From positions 121,776-138,623 of the IMG/VR virus record IMGVR_UViG_3300027994_000001: 16,848 nucleotides of DNA; one strand, 5' to 3'. This stretch comes from a virus (taxonomy: Duplodnaviria > Heunggongvirae > Uroviricota > Caudoviricetes). Numbering within the stretch: the stretch's first letter is position 1; each line of letters begins with the position of its first letter. The position numbers were made by a program, and so were the translations under genes. Positions 12,593 to 16,848 of the stretch are shown here, piece after piece. Below the pieces are notes generated by a model. The model ran no database searches. It was not told where the DNA came from and saw only the letters and a list, made by a program, of their open reading frames with translations.

Positions 12593-14236
12593 TTGAAGAA
12601 TAAAGTAGTATACGGCGCAGAAGCCAGAAAATATTTAAAAAAAGGAGTAGACTTAGTAGCAAACCCAGTTAAGGTAACATTAGGGGCAAAAGGATTAAAC
12701 GTAATGTGCGTGAGAGACTTGCTTTTACCTATTGTCACTAAAGATGGAGTTTCTGTAGCTAAGGAAGTAGAATCGAATAATCCAATAATTAGCGCCGGAG
12801 TTTCATTAATTAAACAGGTTTCGAGTCAGACGAATGACTTAGCCGGCGACGGGACAACATCTAGTGTAGTGCTTGCTCAGGCTATTGTTAATGAAGCAGA
12901 TAAAGTGCTAAATGAAGGAACTAACGCGATATCTTTAAAAAGAGGATTAGATTTAGCTCTAGATTTTTCTTTAAAACACTTACAAAAACTTAAAAATAAA
13001 TCAAGTAGTTTAAAGACACTTAAAAACATTGCCAATATTTCAACTAACGGAGATAAAGAAATTGCAGATTTAGTCTTAGGAGCGGTAAACAAAGTAGGTA
13101 AAACTGGAACAATAAGAGTTGAAGAAACGGATGATTTAGTTTCGAGCGTTTTTGTTGCCGATGGATATGAACTTGATGTACCATACGCTCTTGCAGAATT
13201 CATTAATGACAGAGAAAAATTTGAAGCTGTTTTTGAAGATATGAATGTTTTAATTTATCAGGGTCATCTTAAGGAAGCTTCGCAATTAAATCAAGCTATT
13301 AGATTATCAACACTACCATCCCAACAAGAGGATAAAGATGGAGAGTTTCAAGGTCTTTTGGTTATTTGTGATAATATTTCAGGACACGTACAAAAAGAAA
13401 TATTAGAGTGGAGTTATAGAGGATTCAATTTAATGAATTTAAGATCACCTAGTTTCGGCGGAAGAAAAAATGAAACACTAAAAGATATTGCGGCCTTGAT
13501 AGGAGCAAAAGTATATAGTGAAGATTTAGGGGATAACTTAGATGAAGTTACCGCAGAAGGACTAGGACACATTGATAAAGTGATTTCAGATGCTAATAAA
13601 TCTATATTAATCGGCGGAAAAGGAAATGAAAAGGAAATAAAAGAAAGAACAGCAATAGTAAAAGAACAGATAAAAAACATCACCGGAGGAAAGACAGAAA
13701 CAGAATTCGTAAAAGAAAGATATTCTAAACTAACCAAAGGAGTTGCTGTAATCAAAGTAGGGGGATATTCTACGCCTGAGAAAAGAGAAAAGACAGACAG
13801 AGTAGAAGATGCACTATGTGCAGTTAGAGCCTGTTTAGAAGAAGGATATGTAGCAGGCGGAGGTGTAACTTATTTGAATATCTCCCATGCCCTTAAATCG
13901 GCTAAAATAGAAACTAGAAATCAAGATGAACAGAAAGGAATTGAAGTATTAGTAAAAGCCCTTGAAGCACCTTTCAGACAGATTTTAGAAAATGCCGGAA
14001 TGCAGGAAGAAACAGAAAACTACATTAAAAACATTCAAAGCTCTCAATATTATGGAGACGGAATAGATTTACAAACACAAGAATATGTAGATTTATTTAA
14101 AAGAGGAATAATCGACCCCACAAAAGTAGAAAGACTGGCTCTTCAAAATGCAGTATCTATTTCTGGAACGTTTTTAACACTTGGGGCAATTACTTATAAT
14201 AGTACACCAATATTTTCAGCAAATGGGCAGAAGTAA
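12593..14236 (+). CDS. groEL: Phage chaperonin GroEL
   Basis: 547 aa, TTG start; VKVTLGAKG, TKDGVSVAKE, AGDGTTS, AVIKVGG, DRVEDAL...EEGYVAGGG, GIIDPTKV. No GGM tail. Confidence 0.97.
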   Translation: MKNKVVYGAEARKYLKKGVDLVANPVKVTLGAKGLNVMCVRDLLLPIVTKDGVSVAKEVESNNPIISAGVSLIKQVSSQTNDLAGDGTTSSVVLAQAIVNEADKVLNEGTNAISLKRGLDLALDFSLKHLQKLKNKSSSLKTLKNIANISTNGDKEIADLVLGAVNKVGKTGTIRVEETDDLVSSVFVADGYELDVPYALAEFINDREKFEAVFEDMNVLIYQGHLKEASQLNQAIRLSTLPSQQEDKDGEFQGLLVICDNISGHVQKEILEWSYRGFNLMNLRSPSFGGRKNETLKDIAALIGAKVYSEDLGDNLDEVTAEGLGHIDKVISDANKSILIGGKGNEKEIKERTAIVKEQIKNITGGKTETEFVKERYSKLTKGVAVIKVGGYSTPEKREKTDRVEDALCAVRACLEEGYVAGGGVTYLNISHALKSAKIETRNQDEQKGIEVLVKALEAPFRQILENAGMQEETENYIKNIQSSQYYGDGIDLQTQEYVDLFKRGIIDPTKVERLALQNAVSISGTFLTLGAITYNSTPIFSANGQK

Positions 14237-14528
14237 ATTCCTAAAACTATCGACTTGGAAAATGATACTTAATTCTAGAGTAAGTGCTTACAAAAATAGT
14301 AAGCAGAGCTGGTGTAAAGAACGAAGGAAAATATGTAAAGATTGTGAGTATAATAGCAAAAATAAGACCGATCGGTCGTTTAAAGAAAAAATATTCATGG
14401 CTTTACAGTTAACAAAATCAATATGCACAGCCTGCTTTTGCTCAGTTGCCCGTAAAACTTTAGTTAAGCAAAGTTGTTGCGGATTAGAAGAAATAGGATT
14501 AACACCAAGATGGCGGGAAGAAAAATAA
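14223..14528 (+). CDS. Cys-rich putative zinc-binding protein
   Basis: RRKICKDCEY...CTACFC...K...CCG...W pattern; start placed at MGRSK (14223), overlapping the groEL stop. Confidence 0.7.
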   Translation: MGRSKFLKLSTWKMILNSRVSAYKNSKQSWCKERRKICKDCEYNSKNKTDRSFKEKIFMALQLTKSICTACFCSVARKTLVKQSCCGLEEIGLTPRWREEK

Positions 14529-14541
14529 AAAACAGATAAAA

Positions 14542-14871
14542 ATGCAAGTAATAGACAAAAAAACAAACACAGAAATAGGTAAGTCAACAGACAGGTATAT
14601 CATTAATTTCGGCGTATTAAAAAAGAATGAAATAGCAAAAAGAACAGTGCAGATAAAAGGAATTAATTTATCAGGATTAACATCTCAATCTGATTGTACA
14701 TGCACAGAAAGTTCGCCGGAAATAATAGATAAAAACACAATTGAAATTGAACTTCAATACAAAAATACACACATTACAAAACCATTTGATAAAAAAGTGT
14801 ACTTGAGTTTCCACGAAGACAATCAACCAAAAGCAGCAACAATTAATATTAAAGGACAAGTTACCTCATAA
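14542..14871 (+). CDS. DUF1573-like Ig-fold protein
   Basis: INFGVL...SDCTCT...FDKKVYL...INIKGQV matches the Bacteroidota DUF1573 pattern (FG, sCGCT, I-x-G-x-V). Confidence 0.65.
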   Translation: MQVIDKKTNTEIGKSTDRYIINFGVLKKNEIAKRTVQIKGINLSGLTSQSDCTCTESSPEIIDKNTIEIELQYKNTHITKPFDKKVYLSFHEDNQPKAATINIKGQVTS

Positions 14872-14874
14872 CAT

Positions 14875-15123
14875 ATGAATTACACACAAGAAACATTACG
14901 CGCATTACAAGCATTAGGACAAAAGCACCAAGAAATGAATTTTGGAGATTTATTGTTCACTGTATTTCAAAGATCGGCGGTAAAAAATAAAAGCTCACTA
15001 AATTTCCTAAGAAACATTTCAAGTGAAGATGCTTACACGCTTGTAGAAACAGCAATCAATACAAATTTTACAGATGAAGTTTGTACGGAAGAGGAATTTG
15101 AAAATTGGCAAAATAAAAAATAG
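14875..15123 (+). CDS. Hypothetical protein (82 aa)
   Basis: ORF track; operonic spacing. Confidence 0.8.
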   Translation: MNYTQETLRALQALGQKHQEMNFGDLLFTVFQRSAVKNKSSLNFLRNISSEDAYTLVETAINTNFTDEVCTEEEFENWQNKK

Positions 15124-15444
15124 ATGATAGAGACAGTTGAGCAATTAAAAGAAGAGAGAGCCGATTTAGTTGAATTATTCGAACCGATGAGTCGCGAACA
15201 ATTACTAGAACAAATCTACAAAGAATGTCTTGATGGTATAAATATGGAAGAAAGAGTTCAGGTATTCATGAATGAATGTACAGGTTTGTCTTACACTACT
15301 TATACACCTGAGGTTATAAAAGGACTGATTCATACGGCAGATATTCAAAATATAAGTGAGTTTTGTAAAACAGTTCTAGAGGATATTGAAGGTATGGATA
15401 TAGAGGAAATTAAAGAATACTTAAAATCAGAGACAATTGAATAA
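15124..15444 (+). CDS. Acidic hypothetical protein (106 aa)
   Basis: ORF track; abuts upstream stop. Confidence 0.8.
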   Translation: MIETVEQLKEERADLVELFEPMSREQLLEQIYKECLDGINMEERVQVFMNECTGLSYTTYTPEVIKGLIHTADIQNISEFCKTVLEDIEGMDIEEIKEYLKSETIE

Positions 15445-15946
15445 ATTTTACGATATAATAATCGCCAAACACAAAGACTACTTACTTTACAATGAATTCC
15501 TGGAAAAAACAAGACTAGAATTCAAAGATAAAAGAAAAGAAGCAGTAGATAAAGTATACAAACTAAATCTAAATGATTCAAACGAGTCAGAAGAAATAGT
15601 CGTACCAGAAGAATTTCCAGCTCTGCTTTACGATTTACAAGTAGAAGAGCAAACTTATATGCAGGATCTTCAAAGCATTTTCTACAGTTTATATTTAAGT
15701 GTAAAAACTTATCTCGAAATTGGAGATGGTATGGTGCTTCCAAAAGAAATATTAGAGTTATGTGAGAGTCTTGAATATCTTATGCCAAAACCATTCTTTA
15801 TTATAGATGATAAACTCGCGGCAAAAGAAGTTGAAAAAGGAAGACTTGAAAAACGAAAAGAAATCATAACCAAAAGTTATGAACTTGAAAAAATTAAGAC
15901 ACTAATTCTGCAAGCTATAGAGGCTCAGAATAATACTAAAGAATAA
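15437..15946 (+). CDS. Helical hypothetical protein (169 aa); positional candidate for terminase small subunit
   Basis: ORF track, TTG start; lies directly before the putative terL. Function by position only. Confidence 0.75.
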   Translation: MNKFYDIIIAKHKDYLLYNEFLEKTRLEFKDKRKEAVDKVYKLNLNDSNESEEIVVPEEFPALLYDLQVEEQTYMQDLQSIFYSLYLSVKTYLEIGDGMVLPKEILELCESLEYLMPKPFFIIDDKLAAKEVEKGRLEKRKEIITKSYELEKIKTLILQAIEAQNNTKE

Positions 15947-16848
15947 ATGGAAAATGCCTTTATAAGTGATTTTATAAAGAAGACCTCACCTCAGTTCCAA
16001 AAATACAAAAAGTATATAGTTAATAATGACTGGACTACTACAAGTATTGATGAGAATCTGGGGGATTCTTTTTTTATAGACTATCTCTCAGACGACTCCA
16101 AAAAAGTAAAAAAGGCAGAGATAGAAAAGTTTTTAAAAGAGAAAATTGCCGCTCAAAAGAGTAGTATAAAATATAAGTCTGAAGAATTTAAACTTCAAAA
16201 TCAGCTGATGGAAAATCTTCTGGAAAGACTTAAATATTTAGTTAATAAAACGCAAGGGGATCATCATCTAAAAAGTTTTAAAAAATTTGTAAAAGAGTCG
16301 CTTAATATAATATCAATACATACAGATAGAGTTGATGGTTATGTAAATTCTATAGACATCTCTCAAATTGAAAATCAAGATGTAAGATCAGAAGAAATTA
16401 AGTTAATTAAAGACTGTTTTGCGGGAGTAAATAAATTAGAAGATATCATAACTTTACTAAATATAAAAGATGATACTGCTGACACTTCGGGTATACAATT
16501 TCATGAAAGTACTAAAATCGCTCAATTATGTATGCATGAGATACTTTATGAGCTTTATCCTGAAATAAAAAGAAAAGTTGATGGAATGAATATAGATTTT
16601 GTATCTCCGCCTAAAAATGAGATGCATATCCATAATGAAAACCCTCCAAAATGGAATTCCGACAAGCATTATTTTGACCAAGAAAGAGATACACTCCAGT
16701 ATTATGTAGACGAGTTTAAAAAATTAAAATACGGAATAACTATTGACGGTCTAGAGCTAGAGCCTTGGCTATATTTCCACATAAATCACTTTCAAACAGA
16801 AATTCCTATAACTGTTATAGATAAAGTGACGGGAGAAAAAAAAACAGG
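15947..16848 (+). CDS. Partial ORF (300+ aa, runs off right edge); probable terminase large subunit N-terminus
   Basis: Not in ORF track (no stop). Open from ATG 15947. YYVDEFKKLKYGITIDGLELEPWLYFHINHF resembles the [FY]W-x-EE-x-x-RC-x-x-G-x-x-x-x-G...YFYLN segment that precedes the ATPase domain in crAss-like TerL. Walker motifs are outside the window. Confidence 0.55.
   Translation, partial: MENAFISDFIKKTSPQFQKYKKYIVNNDWTTTSIDENLGDSFFIDYLSDDSKKVKKAEIEKFLKEKIAAQKSSIKYKSEEFKLQNQLMENLLERLKYLVNKTQGDHHLKSFKKFVKESLNIISIHTDRVDGYVNSIDISQIENQDVRSEEIKLIKDCFAGVNKLEDIITLLNIKDDTADTSGIQFHESTKIAQLCMHEILYELYPEIKRKVDGMNIDFVSPPKNEMHIHNENPPKWNSDKHYFDQERDTLQYYVDEFKKLKYGITIDGLELEPWLYFHINHFQTEIPITVIDKVTGEKKT

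Noticed and set aside
11263-15743. ORFs 11263..11496, 11670..11855, 12249..12443, 12456..12662, 12877..13203, 13414..13755, 14288..14587, 14677..14859, 15522..15743
   Set aside because: Alternative-frame or antisense shadows; their hydrophobic look comes from the reverse complement of A-rich coding DNA.
1139-16611. GGCGG mostly co-oriented with transcription, as a Chi-like motif
   Set aside because: By-eye count is small and many cases are Gly-Gly or Met-Ala codons on the purine-rich coding strand; needs a codon-aware test.
1-16848. Stop-codon reassignment (TAG or TGA) as in some crAss-like phages
   Set aside because: groEL, recA and phoH are intact in the standard code; TAA, TAG (577, 725, 15121) and TGA (357, 6013, 8344) all end genes at coupled junctions.

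Overview
AT-rich DNA from a lytic dsDNA phage of a Bacteroidota (probably flavobacterial) host, possibly crAss-like; the taxonomy is inferred. It uses the standard genetic code. The window spans the junction of two divergent modules. The leftward module (1-11500) holds early, recombination and metabolism genes: SSB, RecA/UvsX, a UvsY-like gene, HNH and GIY-YIG nucleases, PhoH, a DUF5664 dNTP diphosphohydrolase, a GroES-like gene, tRNA-CAT and many small ORFs. It is driven by seven Bacteroidota-type promoters (TTTG-N20-TAnnTTTG or close variants). The rightward module (11674 to end) holds a winged-helix protein, an HU/IHF-like protein, GroEL, a Cys-rich protein, a DUF1573-like protein and a probable terminase large subunit that runs off the window. 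The least explained parts are non-coding: (i) about 850 bp at 10389-11245, where two promoters fire into a hairpin-dense segment and then a 17-bp inverted repeat enclosing phiX174-like primosome-assembly motifs, a candidate RNA-primed origin; (ii) the tRNA flanked by two ~120-nt structured elements, one carrying antisense copies of the tRNA 5' junction; (iii) a ~108-nt multi-stem element at 1403-1510. GroES and GroEL are about 12 kb apart on opposite strands, and both are altered at their interaction surfaces. All family calls are by-eye motif recognition; no database search was run.
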